In this document: one piece after another, positions 18,349 to 27,031 of the stretch | Layout: the number at the start of each line of letters is the position of its first letter | Position numbering within the stretch: position 1 is the stretch's first letter | IMG/VR virus record: IMGVR_UViG_3300045988_151707 | Coordinates: 46,036 to 110,035 of that record | Direction: 5' to 3' (one strand) | DNA length: 64,000 nucleotides | Source: a virus | Program-made: the position numbers and the translations under genes | The notes under the pieces: model-generated | The model's database searches: none | What the model was told of the DNA's origin: nothing | What the model saw: the letters and a program-made list of their open reading frames with translations, nothing else

Positions 18349-18389
18349 CAAAGTTAGCGGTCTGATTCGGTAGTTTGAAGGACAAAAAA
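18349..18389 (-). promoter_or_regulatory. conserved promoter architecture, copy 4
   Basis: Minus strand reads TTTTTTGTCCTTC-N20-TAACTTTG, 19 nt upstream of ATG 18330. Confidence 0.6.
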
Positions 18390-18395
18390 CGAAAA

Positions 18396-18466
18396 ATTGG
18401 AGGTTTTATGAAATTTAGAAACAATTTTAATGCGATTTCGGTTTAAAATTGTTATTTTTGCGGTAG
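18396..18466 (+). promoter_or_regulatory. ~70-bp promoter-operator module, copy a (faces plus-strand operon)
   Basis: aacaattttaa-N12-ttaaaattgtt is an 11-bp perfect inverted repeat that overlaps a TAttTTTG -7 box (18453-18460). Near-identical to the reverse complement of 47398-47468. Confidence 0.6.
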
Positions 18467-18484
18467 GTAAAATGTAATAAAACG

Positions 18485-18967
18485 ATGAACATGAAATCTA
18501 AAAAAGTTATGAAAAAGACTTACGTGCTCATGCTTTCGCAATCTTTCCCGACCAAACATCCCCGGTCTGGGAGCCCTACCGGATTCCGTGAGAAATTCCT
18601 TTCCGGAGAAAAACGCCACACCATCCGGACCAACTTCCCGCTTTGGGAAAAACGCATACACGAGGTGCAGCAAGGTGAAGCGGTTATCTCCGTCCGTCAG
18701 TGGGAAGGCCGTCCGTATTTCAGCAGGCAAATAACAATAGGCTGTCTGACCGCAGAATCCGGAACAGGTATTCAGAAACTTACCTTCCAGCTGGATCGCG
18801 ACGGATGTGCCTCTTTCAATTTCTTTGACATCGACGGTAAATATCCGGAACTGAAAGAACTTGCGGCCAACGATGGTCTGTCGGTAGACGACTGGAAAGA
18901 GTGGTTCCGGGGTTATGACTTCAGTCAGCCGATGGCAGTAATTCAATTCGGTAAATTCAGGTATTAA
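18485..18967 (+). CDS. ASCH-like domain protein
   Basis: 160 aa. The ..GEKRHTIRTNFPLW.. pattern resembles ASCH. The family call is weak. Confidence 0.45.
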   Translation: MNMKSKKVMKKTYVLMLSQSFPTKHPRSGSPTGFREKFLSGEKRHTIRTNFPLWEKRIHEVQQGEAVISVRQWEGRPYFSRQITIGCLTAESGTGIQKLTFQLDRDGCASFNFFDIDGKYPELKELAANDGLSVDDWKEWFRGYDFSQPMAVIQFGKFRY

Positions 18968-19140
18968 TGATGAAAGAGTATTTTATTGCTACTGCAATTT
19001 TTGTAGGTCTTGTGGCTTTCGTTATGGCAATGAGCTATTTCTCCGGTTTGGATTACGACATTCTTTTTATAGAATTTATGCTTACATACCTAGTGATTAA
19101 TAAATTATCTGAAATACAAAACGATAAAAAAGAAGAATAA
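18967..19140 (+). CDS. small membrane protein (57 aa)
   Basis: Read manually: MMKEYFIATAIFVGLVAFVMAMSYF.. TAATG overlap with the previous stop. Confidence 0.45.
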   Translation: MMKEYFIATAIFVGLVAFVMAMSYFSGLDYDILFIEFMLTYLVINKLSEIQNDKKEE

Positions 19141-19141
19141 T

Positions 19142-19342
19142 ATGGCAGCGTATGACGTAAACGGGCGGTGCGAAGACTGCACATTTGCTGACGCATTTGG
19201 AAGAAGTTGCCAGCATGGGATGCTATTCCCTGTCATGGTACTAATTGCGTTTGGAGATGTATATCAGTGTCCGAACTTTCAGAAAAAGAATGCTGAACAG
19301 CTTCAGGAACAAATTCGATTAAAGAACAAAGAAAATAAATAG
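19142..19342 (+). CDS. hypothetical Cys-containing small protein
   Basis: 66-aa ORF, tightly packed in the operon. Confidence 0.5.
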   Translation: MAAYDVNGRCEDCTFADAFGRSCQHGMLFPVMVLIAFGDVYQCPNFQKKNAEQLQEQIRLKNKENK

Positions 19343-19345
19343 GAT

Positions 19346-19597
19346 ATGGATTTTAAGAAATTAAAATTACTCACAGAACTGATTGATGGATATGAATGGC
19401 AAATGGGCCATGGTCTTGCGGTATGGATAGAATATTCTAATTGCACGACTGTTTTTGATAAGATATTGGAAATAGATACTGAACTATTCCCTAATTGTTT
19501 AGCAGAAAGAACAGGTATTTACATTGATCATTTTGAAGATATACTGAGCTTGTATACCAACGATATTGAGAAGTTGTTCCCTAAAGACGAAGATTGA
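19346..19597 (+). CDS. hypothetical protein
   Basis: 83-aa ORF, 3-nt spacing from its neighbour. Confidence 0.55.
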   Translation: MDFKKLKLLTELIDGYEWQMGHGLAVWIEYSNCTTVFDKILEIDTELFPNCLAERTGIYIDHFEDILSLYTNDIEKLFPKDED

Positions 19598-19600
19598 AAT

Positions 19601-19810
19601 ATGGCGAAGAAAGAATTTAAAGTTGGAGAAACATTCCAGTGCGGGCTGGTAAAGCTGAGAGTAGTTAAATCCGAAAAGGCTGGAACATGTACAGGATGCG
19701 ACCTACTTGGGCTAGAATATTGCACAGCTGTTCAAGAATTTATCGGAAGTTGTTACCGTGGTGATAGAGAAGATAAAACCGATGTAATCTTTGTAAAAGT
19801 GGAGGAATAA
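19601..19810 (+). CDS. hypothetical protein
   Basis: 69-aa ORF, tightly packed. Confidence 0.5.
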   Translation: MAKKEFKVGETFQCGLVKLRVVKSEKAGTCTGCDLLGLEYCTAVQEFIGSCYRGDREDKTDVIFVKVEE

Positions 19811-19813
19811 AAT

Positions 19814-20335
19814 ATGGATTTCAAATCACAAATAGCAACCACACGCGACCAGTCGAAAATACTTCTTTCGCTGGGCCTGAAACCGGAAACGGCCGACATG
19901 GTGTATCACCACACCAACAGCCGGGTAAAATCATTGGAATGGGAACTTCAGACAAAACCTCCCACATTGAGAGGGAAGTATTGGACACCGGAAAGAATCG
20001 CAAAACTGGAAAGCCCTTTCCATAAGCACCCGGACGGAACCCTGATGACCGGAGAGGAAATTTTCGACGCTCTCTGGGGAAAAGATGTTCCTGCATGGAG
20101 TCTTGACCGGCTTCTGGAAATTATGCCTAAGTCAATCACTCAAAGTAACCGCCAAAATGCTGATTTTGCAATGAATAGTGACGGTACCTTCTGGTTTATT
20201 TCATACGAAGAACTTGGATATGATATGAAGCACCAGGAAATGAACATTGGTTCTTTTGACACCGCTATTTGCATGATTAGATGGCTTATACATAATAATC
20301 ACCTGAACCCGGAATACTTAAAAGACAAACCATGA
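19814..20335 (+). CDS. hypothetical protein (distant paralogue of 21683-22111)
   Basis: 173 aa. It shares ..AWSLDRLLEIMP.. and a C-terminal ..WLIHNNHLN pattern with ..LDDVLSLLP..WCAENGYLN in the other ORF. Confidence 0.55.
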   Translation: MDFKSQIATTRDQSKILLSLGLKPETADMVYHHTNSRVKSLEWELQTKPPTLRGKYWTPERIAKLESPFHKHPDGTLMTGEEIFDALWGKDVPAWSLDRLLEIMPKSITQSNRQNADFAMNSDGTFWFISYEELGYDMKHQEMNIGSFDTAICMIRWLIHNNHLNPEYLKDKP

Positions 20336-20670
20336 AAAGAGAGGATATAGAAAAGAAATACAATGAACTTGTAAAGTCTATCGAAACAAAGATAATGTAC
20401 GATGGGCGTGGAACGGTGGACAGATATACCTGCGATACGTGCGGACATATCATATACACCACGTATAGGGACAAAGGTGTAACCCCATTCACAATAAGAT
20501 GCACACGATGTGGAGGTACAAAGTATCATGACAAAACTTATGATAAAAAAACTGTCCCTGGTTATGTGAATGTAATGGATTGGTATCGCCCTACATTAGA
20601 GCAAACATTAAAAATGCCTGACAGAGTGATTGAACATATTCTTAACGGAGGACTTGTTTTGGAGGATTGA
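20332..20670 (+). CDS. zinc-ribbon protein
   Basis: CDTCGH..N22..CTRCGG. ATGA overlap with its neighbour. Confidence 0.55.
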   Translation: MKREDIEKKYNELVKSIETKIMYDGRGTVDRYTCDTCGHIIYTTYRDKGVTPFTIRCTRCGGTKYHDKTYDKKTVPGYVNVMDWYRPTLEQTLKMPDRVIEHILNGGLVLED

Positions 20671-21323
20671 TTATGAAAACAATAGAAATATACGAAACAA
20701 ATGATGGTAGCCGATTCGACAAAAAAGAAGGAGCTATTAAATATGAAGGACTTTGCGATAAATGCAATTCGATAAATCTAAAACTCGGAATATTAGGACG
20801 TGACTTAGAATCAAATGAGTATATACAGCATGATCCGGAAGTCATAAAAAACACATTTAAAGAGTTTATGGGTATTGTAGCAGATTCAATACCTGATTAT
20901 TCCAACATGGCTATTGAATGTGGTAACGGGGAAAGACACATGAGTCATATATATCGAGTCATCTCTGATTATAACATTAAATGCCTTAGCTATTTAATGT
21001 TTAGATTTTACTGTATCGACTTTAAAAATGGGAAAGAGTTTCAGCAACCTTACTTCACTTCACATCAAGAAAAAGTGACAGTCAGAGTGAAATTAGACAA
21101 CTGCGAAAACTTCTCCCCCACCTGCGCAACATGCAACAGTTATAACGACGGGAAATGTACCAATTTCGGGAAGGAAGGAAAAGCGGAAGATTCCTGCAAA
21201 TACTATCAGTCGGACGTGATTGAATATACCTGCCAGCAGTGCGGACGTAAATACGAAATCATAGACTCTGATGCAGGTGATCGTGAGAAGTTTTGCTGCA
21301 AAGCATGTGAAAACGGATATTAA
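20667..21323 (+). CDS. hypothetical protein with Cys-rich C-terminal region
   Basis: 218 aa, with CATCNSYNDGKCTNF..CQQCGRKY..CCKACENGY. Confidence 0.55.
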   Translation: MIMKTIEIYETNDGSRFDKKEGAIKYEGLCDKCNSINLKLGILGRDLESNEYIQHDPEVIKNTFKEFMGIVADSIPDYSNMAIECGNGERHMSHIYRVISDYNIKCLSYLMFRFYCIDFKNGKEFQQPYFTSHQEKVTVRVKLDNCENFSPTCATCNSYNDGKCTNFGKEGKAEDSCKYYQSDVIEYTCQQCGRKYEIIDSDAGDREKFCCKACENGY

Positions 21324-21339
21324 TCAAAACTAAGTAACC

Positions 21340-21690
21340 ATGGAAATAGAAATTACACCTGAAGAAATGCTGGAGCGCTTCAAGCTCTACGGAGAAATTT
21401 ATCTGCTTCTGGCTCCCGTCTGTGAATATGATGACATGGACGATTTCAGAATAGAAAGTTATGAGATTATCGACGAGCTGGATTTAGAAGATGAAATATT
21501 TTTCCAGGCAGATGGCGTGGAAGTCAGATTTAAAGGCGTGGAATTTAAAGAAGATATGCTGTACATCCTATATACAAACGAAGATGAATGCGAAGAATAT
21601 TTACATCCCGTCATCCACCTGGAAACAGAGTCCATCCGAAAAGTGAAATCAATTCTCGAACAATATGTCAAAGCAATCAGCCATGAGTAA
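21340..21690 (+). CDS. acidic hypothetical protein
   Basis: 116-aa ORF. Confidence 0.55.
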   Translation: MEIEITPEEMLERFKLYGEIYLLLAPVCEYDDMDDFRIESYEIIDELDLEDEIFFQADGVEVRFKGVEFKEDMLYILYTNEDECEEYLHPVIHLETESIRKVKSILEQYVKAISHE

Positions 21691-22111
21691 ACAGGTATTG
21701 GATGTTGAGCAAATGATGCATCTTAAAGAGTTGGGTGTTGATACAAGCAAAGCGAGCGCTAAAGAATATATTATCTCCGAGACTGAAAATTATTGTGGAT
21801 ATTCGAGAAATATTGTTGTTATTGACGGATATATCGAAAACTTCATAGAACAAAGGAAGGCTTTTACCTTAGATGATGTTTTGAGTCTGCTACCAGATTG
21901 TATAGATAAAGAAGAAGCCAAGCTCAATGTTGGTAAAAAATCTGTATCATACGAAAAAATGGTAGGTTATAGTTATGATGGTGACTTGATTTTATTTCAT
22001 AATGATATTCTTTTAGAAGCTGCATACGAAATGCTTTGCTGGTGCGCAGAAAACGGATATCTAAACCATAGACAGTATGATGAACAAACATCAAAAGAAG
22101 CTGATAGATGA
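21683..22111 (+). CDS. hypothetical protein
   Basis: Track ORF trimmed to the second Met, which gives an ATGAGTAA overlap with the upstream stop. Confidence 0.5.
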   Translation: MSKQVLDVEQMMHLKELGVDTSKASAKEYIISETENYCGYSRNIVVIDGYIENFIEQRKAFTLDDVLSLLPDCIDKEEAKLNVGKKSVSYEKMVGYSYDGDLILFHNDILLEAAYEMLCWCAENGYLNHRQYDEQTSKEADR

Positions 22112-22430
22112 AGTAGAAGCAATTATCGGCCATGAGGTAGAAGCCACCAGAAGACTAAAAGAGCTGGATAAACACATAGAAATGATGAAAAACATGCGGT
22201 ACATAAAACTTAATCATAGAATTGATTACAGCGATATCACTCTGACTGGGAATGGTAGGAATGGACTATGCTTAAACATTGATGTTGACGACCGGATTTA
22301 CGAACGTATAATTGATGCATACGTCCAAGAATTTTATGAACAAGTCAGAACCGTTGCCAAGCTCTTATCATATTTAAGAAACAAAGAACTATTAAAAGAA
22401 CTTATTTATGACTCCCGAAGAATACCTTGA
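22077..22430 (+). CDS. hypothetical protein
   Basis: 117-aa ORF that overlaps its neighbours. Confidence 0.45.
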   Translation: MMNKHQKKLIDEVEAIIGHEVEATRRLKELDKHIEMMKNMRYIKLNHRIDYSDITLTGNGRNGLCLNIDVDDRIYERIIDAYVQEFYEQVRTVAKLLSYLRNKELLKELIYDSRRIP

Positions 22431-22683
22431 CAAGAAGAAAGCGGAGCAATTCAATGGAAGAGAATCCTACTACACCGTCTCACTGGACGATGCAGTGAAA
22501 GCCGTTGAAATGGCCCGCAGTGAAAACAAACCTGCTGACAACATACCGGTATCAGCGCTATACGGATGGATTTGCCCGAAATGCGGACGTGTCTACTCCC
22601 CTACCGTACCCACATGTATGAGATGCATAAACTTTGAAATAGGCCGTACAACATGCGCGGAACAGTCGGAACGTATGAAATAA
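22408..22683 (+). CDS. zinc-ribbon protein
   Basis: CPKCGRVYSPTVPTCMRC. Confidence 0.5.
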   Translation: MTPEEYLDKKKAEQFNGRESYYTVSLDDAVKAVEMARSENKPADNIPVSALYGWICPKCGRVYSPTVPTCMRCINFEIGRTTCAEQSERMK

Positions 22684-22705
22684 CAAACCATTAAACAACA
22701 TTTCT

Positions 22706-23221
22706 ATGGAATTTAAACATCAGAAAGACCTCGGTCCTGACGCCATTCAGAAATGGTGTGAGGAACTGGACCGGAAACCCAAAAGAGAATTAACACCGGA
22801 AGAAGGAAAAACTTTGTTTATGTGTATGATAAACGAACCCCATTACAGAACAGACAAAAATTTTGAATCCTTGCTAGGTAAATGGAACGGAGTCGCCATC
22901 CTTCACGACCGGATAAAAGAAAACCACACCTACACTATTGAGAACGCAGTCCTGCTTTTCCTCGGATCTGTGATTGACCGACCGGGAATAGCTGTCCAAT
23001 ATGCAAACTTCATGCAGTACAAATGCTGGCAGTACCATATCAAGCATGTAGATATGAAATCCTTCACCAGACGTATTTTACCGGCAGGACTTCTCACCGA
23101 AGATGCCTTATATGAAATGTGGAACAAACAAAAGTATATCAGTGAAAAAGAAAGAGGACTTCTCAACATGCTGGATAATGCTTATTTCATGCAGTCAATC
23201 AGAGAAATAGAAGAAAAATAG
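22706..23221 (+). CDS. hypothetical protein
   Basis: 171-aa ORF. Confidence 0.55.
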   Translation: MEFKHQKDLGPDAIQKWCEELDRKPKRELTPEEGKTLFMCMINEPHYRTDKNFESLLGKWNGVAILHDRIKENHTYTIENAVLLFLGSVIDRPGIAVQYANFMQYKCWQYHIKHVDMKSFTRRILPAGLLTEDALYEMWNKQKYISEKERGLLNMLDNAYFMQSIREIEEK

Positions 23222-23225
23222 CCCT

Positions 23226-23831
23226 ATGACCGCAAACGATTATTCAATAGAAAAATATCTGTCTGAATACCTGAAGCCGCTGGAAGAGAAAGGAATTATT
23301 ACAGACTTGCGGGTTATTCCATGCAGATGCCGCATCATGTTCAGACTGAATGAACCCTCACGAGAAAACTCAATGAAAGTCATTATCGAAACAGAGGCGG
23401 ATGAAGACCATATCACATTTTTCAAGTCCGATGTGTCGGTGGAGGAAACATTTAGATCACCTGAACGAATGTTTATTTATCAAAGACTCATGGATGCAAA
23501 TAAAACCCTTAATGATGAACTAAACAAGAAGTCAGTAAACACCGATTTATACATTACGAAATACCTGAAGCCGCTGGAAGAAATCGGAATTATCCAAAAC
23601 ATTCAAATAGAGAATAATGGGAACGTCTGGTTCTACATGAAAGCGAAAATAAAAGGCATGACTGTTTCTGGTCGTATTATTCCAGGTACAGAGTTTGATC
23701 TAGTCACTCTTCAGACGAATAGTTGTCGAACTGTATGTAAGATATTCTCATTTGTAAAAAATGAATCCTATACAAATGATTTGAAAGTATGCCTAGTAAA
23801 TTTAATGGATAATCTTGATGAATTACTTTAA
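23226..23831 (+). CDS. hypothetical protein with internal duplication
   Basis: KYLSEYLKPLEEKGIITDLRV and KYLKPLEEIGIIQNIQI lie about 100 aa apart. Confidence 0.55.
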   Translation: MTANDYSIEKYLSEYLKPLEEKGIITDLRVIPCRCRIMFRLNEPSRENSMKVIIETEADEDHITFFKSDVSVEETFRSPERMFIYQRLMDANKTLNDELNKKSVNTDLYITKYLKPLEEIGIIQNIQIENNGNVWFYMKAKIKGMTVSGRIIPGTEFDLVTLQTNSCRTVCKIFSFVKNESYTNDLKVCLVNLMDNLDELL

Positions 23832-23843
23832 ATCAATCAAATA

Positions 23844-24254
23844 ATGGAATCAAAATCAGAAGGTGCAAAAAGACTGGAAGAAGAAGTTCTTTTCATAAAG
23901 CAAGAAATGGAAACCGAGCTCGCTCCATACAGAATGAAACTCCTGGAGATACATAACGAAATGAACAGGATCTCGCAACCATACGAGAAAAGAATCAAGC
24001 AGAAAGAACAGGAATATCTCGATAAATTCCTTGTAGACTGTAACGGGAACATCATTCACACGGGAGACGTTCTTATAAACAACGTAACCAGTGATTCATT
24101 TAAAGTGGTAAACCGGTTCCAGCAAAAGCTGATTCATTACCTCGGTAATCCTCGTGTGGTAGTAGTAAAACTGAATAAGAAAGGAGAGGCCGGGAAGAAA
24201 GAATTTTCTATTTTCCCGAATGAGCTACAAACCTATTATACTCTCAAAAAATAA
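23844..24254 (+). CDS. hypothetical protein
   Basis: 136-aa ORF. Confidence 0.55.
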   Translation: MESKSEGAKRLEEEVLFIKQEMETELAPYRMKLLEIHNEMNRISQPYEKRIKQKEQEYLDKFLVDCNGNIIHTGDVLINNVTSDSFKVVNRFQQKLIHYLGNPRVVVVKLNKKGEAGKKEFSIFPNELQTYYTLKK

Positions 24255-24259
24255 GTAGT

Positions 24260-24562
24260 ATGGACAATAAAGTCAAACCCAGAATAAGCGCAGTCATTAC
24301 CGACTGTCTGAAGTGTCCGCACTCAAAAAGGTACGACTCTTCTCAAGGCTCAACCGGTTCAGTGCTTGTATGCAAAGAAAAAGAACAAATAATCATTAGT
24401 GATGATTATATTTATCACACAGATAAGATAAATATGAGTAACTTTATCCTGGAATGGTGCCCGCTGGATTGCTACACCGGAGAGAATGAAATTTACGGGC
24501 TTAAAGAAAAAAACCTACGTGATTCACAATGTGAAGTACCTATGGTGAGATATAATAACTAG
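24260..24562 (+). CDS. CxxC protein, tandem paralogue 1
   Basis: ISAVITDCLKCPHSKRY...WCPLDCYTGEN. Confidence 0.55.
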   Translation: MDNKVKPRISAVITDCLKCPHSKRYDSSQGSTGSVLVCKEKEQIIISDDYIYHTDKINMSNFILEWCPLDCYTGENEIYGLKEKNLRDSQCEVPMVRYNN

Positions 24563-24567
24563 AACCT

Positions 24568-24819
24568 ATGGCAGAAAAAAAGAAAATCAGCACAATTGTT
24601 TCGCATTGCGAAGAATGCGTTTTCCACCGGAAATACAACCAGGAAGGCGCTAGTTTTGGATATATCATTCTATGTTCACCCACAAATAGGGTGGTAAAGC
24701 GGAATGACGTAAATAAAATTATTGATGCACCAATAGAAATCCCAGACTGGTGTCCGCTAGATGACTATCAGGGGGATAATAAAACCTATGAAATTTTAGA
24801 TACAGAACAAAACGAATAA
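24568..24819 (+). CDS. CxxC protein, tandem paralogue 2
   Basis: ISTIVSHCEECVFHRKY...WCPLDDYQGDN. Confidence 0.55.
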   Translation: MAEKKKISTIVSHCEECVFHRKYNQEGASFGYIILCSPTNRVVKRNDVNKIIDAPIEIPDWCPLDDYQGDNKTYEILDTEQNE

Positions 24820-24822
24820 ACC

Positions 24823-25305
24823 ATGAAAAAAGAATTTACCGAGGACCAGCTTGTATATATACGAGACGTTTTCGCTCATGAATGTGACAGATATATTGAT
24901 TCAGGCGAAAGGGATATGGCGCATGAAGCACTGGATATTGTAAACGTAGTACAGTCAAAATACGACTGTGACGAATACGCCGACCTGGAATCCTTTATGC
25001 TGGATGAAAGCTGGACTTATGGCTACATAGAAAAACGTGAATTGGAAGAAAGTGAAGAAGAAGCTGTCAGACTGATGATTCAATTTTCCAAATCTTCGGA
25101 ACAGGACCCATCGGAAGAACTGAAAGAAGCGGTAAATGAGCATTTGTATTTAAACGATGCAAATCGAGGAAAAACGAAGCTGGATGTAGTAATGAATAGA
25201 AAAGTAAAGATAAACAGACTCATTATTCTTTGCATAAATTCATGCGAGGAAAGCGAATTGATAAGACTTGATGACATAGCAGACTTGCTGGCCGAAAACA
25301 TTTAA
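24823..25305 (+). CDS. acidic hypothetical protein
   Basis: 160-aa ORF. Confidence 0.55.
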   Translation: MKKEFTEDQLVYIRDVFAHECDRYIDSGERDMAHEALDIVNVVQSKYDCDEYADLESFMLDESWTYGYIEKRELEESEEEAVRLMIQFSKSSEQDPSEELKEAVNEHLYLNDANRGKTKLDVVMNRKVKINRLIILCINSCEESELIRLDDIADLLAENI

Positions 25306-25317
25306 AACGAATAAACC

Positions 25318-26070
25318 ATGGAAGAAAGAAAAATAAACTTTAAAAAGAACGATGATAATACTCCAGTTCTTGATCCGGACGGAATGCTTTACGAAAAGCT
25401 GACAGAGAAACAGAAGAAAATAAACGAAAGAATCTCTTTATTGCTTTACATGCTAAAAGAAGGGAGCCTGAAAGAGGGTACAAAAGAAGCATTGCTTGAA
25501 TTGTTTCATAAGAATGCAATAGACATCCTGAACGAACTTGGATATGAAGACAGCCTGAATAAAAAGTACAATGAATACATCCAGGAAATACGCTCACTCA
25601 ACCATGAGAACCGGGAACTAAGAAAACAGCTTGGCATGAAGGTATCGAACGAGGATGCAAGGGAAAGGTTGAAACTTATCACTGAATCCTTTGGTGAATG
25701 GTGGCACAACGAAGGAACCGGGAATATAGATGATATTATTTTCGACCGGTACAAAATGACAGCCACATTGAGAGGGAGTATATTCCCTTCCAGTCGCGAA
25801 AAGGAAATAAAAAATCAGGTGGAAATGTTGAAGAAAAAAGGATTCGATGTATCGTCTGTCACAAACTACGGGCACCACCTTACAGCCTCTGAAAAAAACT
25901 TCAATATTCTGAAAGAACTTTTCAAAAGCGCTTTCCCGCATTCGGACATTGACGAAATAAATACAGCCACCTATCTGGGAGGTGAAAGCAGAGAAGAATA
26001 TGTGTACGTTATTACAAAGATCATCGTTAATTTCAATAACCTTGACGACATTAAAATCACAGAGCCATGA
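25318..26070 (+). CDS. hypothetical protein
   Basis: 250-aa ORF. Confidence 0.6.
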   Translation: MEERKINFKKNDDNTPVLDPDGMLYEKLTEKQKKINERISLLLYMLKEGSLKEGTKEALLELFHKNAIDILNELGYEDSLNKKYNEYIQEIRSLNHENRELRKQLGMKVSNEDARERLKLITESFGEWWHNEGTGNIDDIIFDRYKMTATLRGSIFPSSREKEIKNQVEMLKKKGFDVSSVTNYGHHLTASEKNFNILKELFKSAFPHSDIDEINTATYLGGESREEYVYVITKIIVNFNNLDDIKITEP

Positions 26071-26486
26071 CCGAACTGAATACTGAAAATGTGGACCGAA
26101 TTTTCGCCGACTGCATGTTTCGCAGCCACGAAGAATACGAAGAATGTAAGAAAGAAGGACTTCATTTTTTTGTGCGTTCTATTCAGAATACCAATGTAAA
26201 TGTAGGATTCCATACGGAACGTATCGAAAAGCACCGGCAGGAAATCAGAGAAATGTTGTTGCAATTACCTGACGGATTCTTTAAAGATAAAGGTGGCGGA
26301 GCTTCTTTCCTGCAAGCTGCTTGCGCAAAAGATGGAGAATTATGGACAGGATTCCATACAGAAGTAGAAAAGCTTTGCCTGCTTGGACTCGCTTCAAAAC
26401 AGATGCGGATGCTTACACCAGACGCGGAGATATGCCCAATGCTACCAGGCGGAATGCCCTATCTGCGTGTGGAAATAGAACAGTAA
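26067..26486 (+). CDS. hypothetical protein
   Basis: 139 aa, ATGA overlap with its neighbour. Confidence 0.55.
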   Translation: MTELNTENVDRIFADCMFRSHEEYEECKKEGLHFFVRSIQNTNVNVGFHTERIEKHRQEIREMLLQLPDGFFKDKGGGASFLQAACAKDGELWTGFHTEVEKLCLLGLASKQMRMLTPDAEICPMLPGGMPYLRVEIEQ

Positions 26487-26525
26487 TTTTATACATTCAT
26501 TTATACATAAAAATACAAACAGATT

Positions 26526-26840
26526 ATGAAAGATAAAATCTTAAAAGCAATCAACTTTATTTTCCCTATTTTCGTATGTGCTCAAATAGCCTTTTCTGTT
26601 TTTTCATATTTTAACGGGACTGAAACAAGGGACTTGTTGTACAATTTTTTCATCTCTATTATATTGATGCTTTCTTTCATCATTGCACAGATAGCCAAGA
26701 CATGCACCCAGTTCCTGATGATAAAGCGGATTGAACACAGATTGATTATCAATCTTTTAAACGCCATTCAAGGGAACACGAGCCATGAAAAACAGCCGGA
26801 AAATAAAGATTCAAAAAGCAAAGATGAAGAAAAATCGTAG
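26526..26840 (+). CDS. membrane protein (2 TM) with Lys/Asp-rich tail
   Basis: 104-aa ORF, last gene of the plus-strand operon. Confidence 0.5.
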   Translation: MKDKILKAINFIFPIFVCAQIAFSVFSYFNGTETRDLLYNFFISIILMLSFIIAQIAKTCTQFLMIKRIEHRLIINLLNAIQGNTSHEKQPENKDSKSKDEEKS

Positions 26841-26852
26841 TTACGCCAGTTT

Positions 26853-26930
26853 AGTGGCGTAGTATCGCCACCAAAAAATCTATTAAGCGCGACTGAAGTG
26901 GCGTAGTATCGCCACTAAAAAATCTATTAA
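26853..26930. repeat. two 34-bp direct repeats, each with a gtggcg-N6-cgccac hairpin
   Basis: agtggcgtagtatcgccacNaaaaaatctattaa at 26853-26886 and 26897-26930, 33/34 identical. Confidence 0.8.
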
Positions 26931-26954
26931 TAAACACTTTAGCCAAGATCAACA

Positions 26955-26993
26955 AAAATCCCGACAAATCAGAAGTTTTGCCGGGATTTTTTC
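26955..26993. terminator. stem-loop terminator between convergent operons
   Basis: aaaatcccg-N18-cgggatttt followed by a T-run. Confidence 0.65.
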
Positions 26994-27031
26994 TGTGAAT
27001 AAAACCAAAAAAAGAAGAAGAAAAATGTATG

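Noticed and set aside
26853-26930. gtggcg..cgccac hairpins as intrinsic terminators
   Set aside because: The stems are followed by A-runs on the plus strand and preceded by T-runs on the minus strand, so neither orientation fits. The real terminator appears to be 26955-26993.
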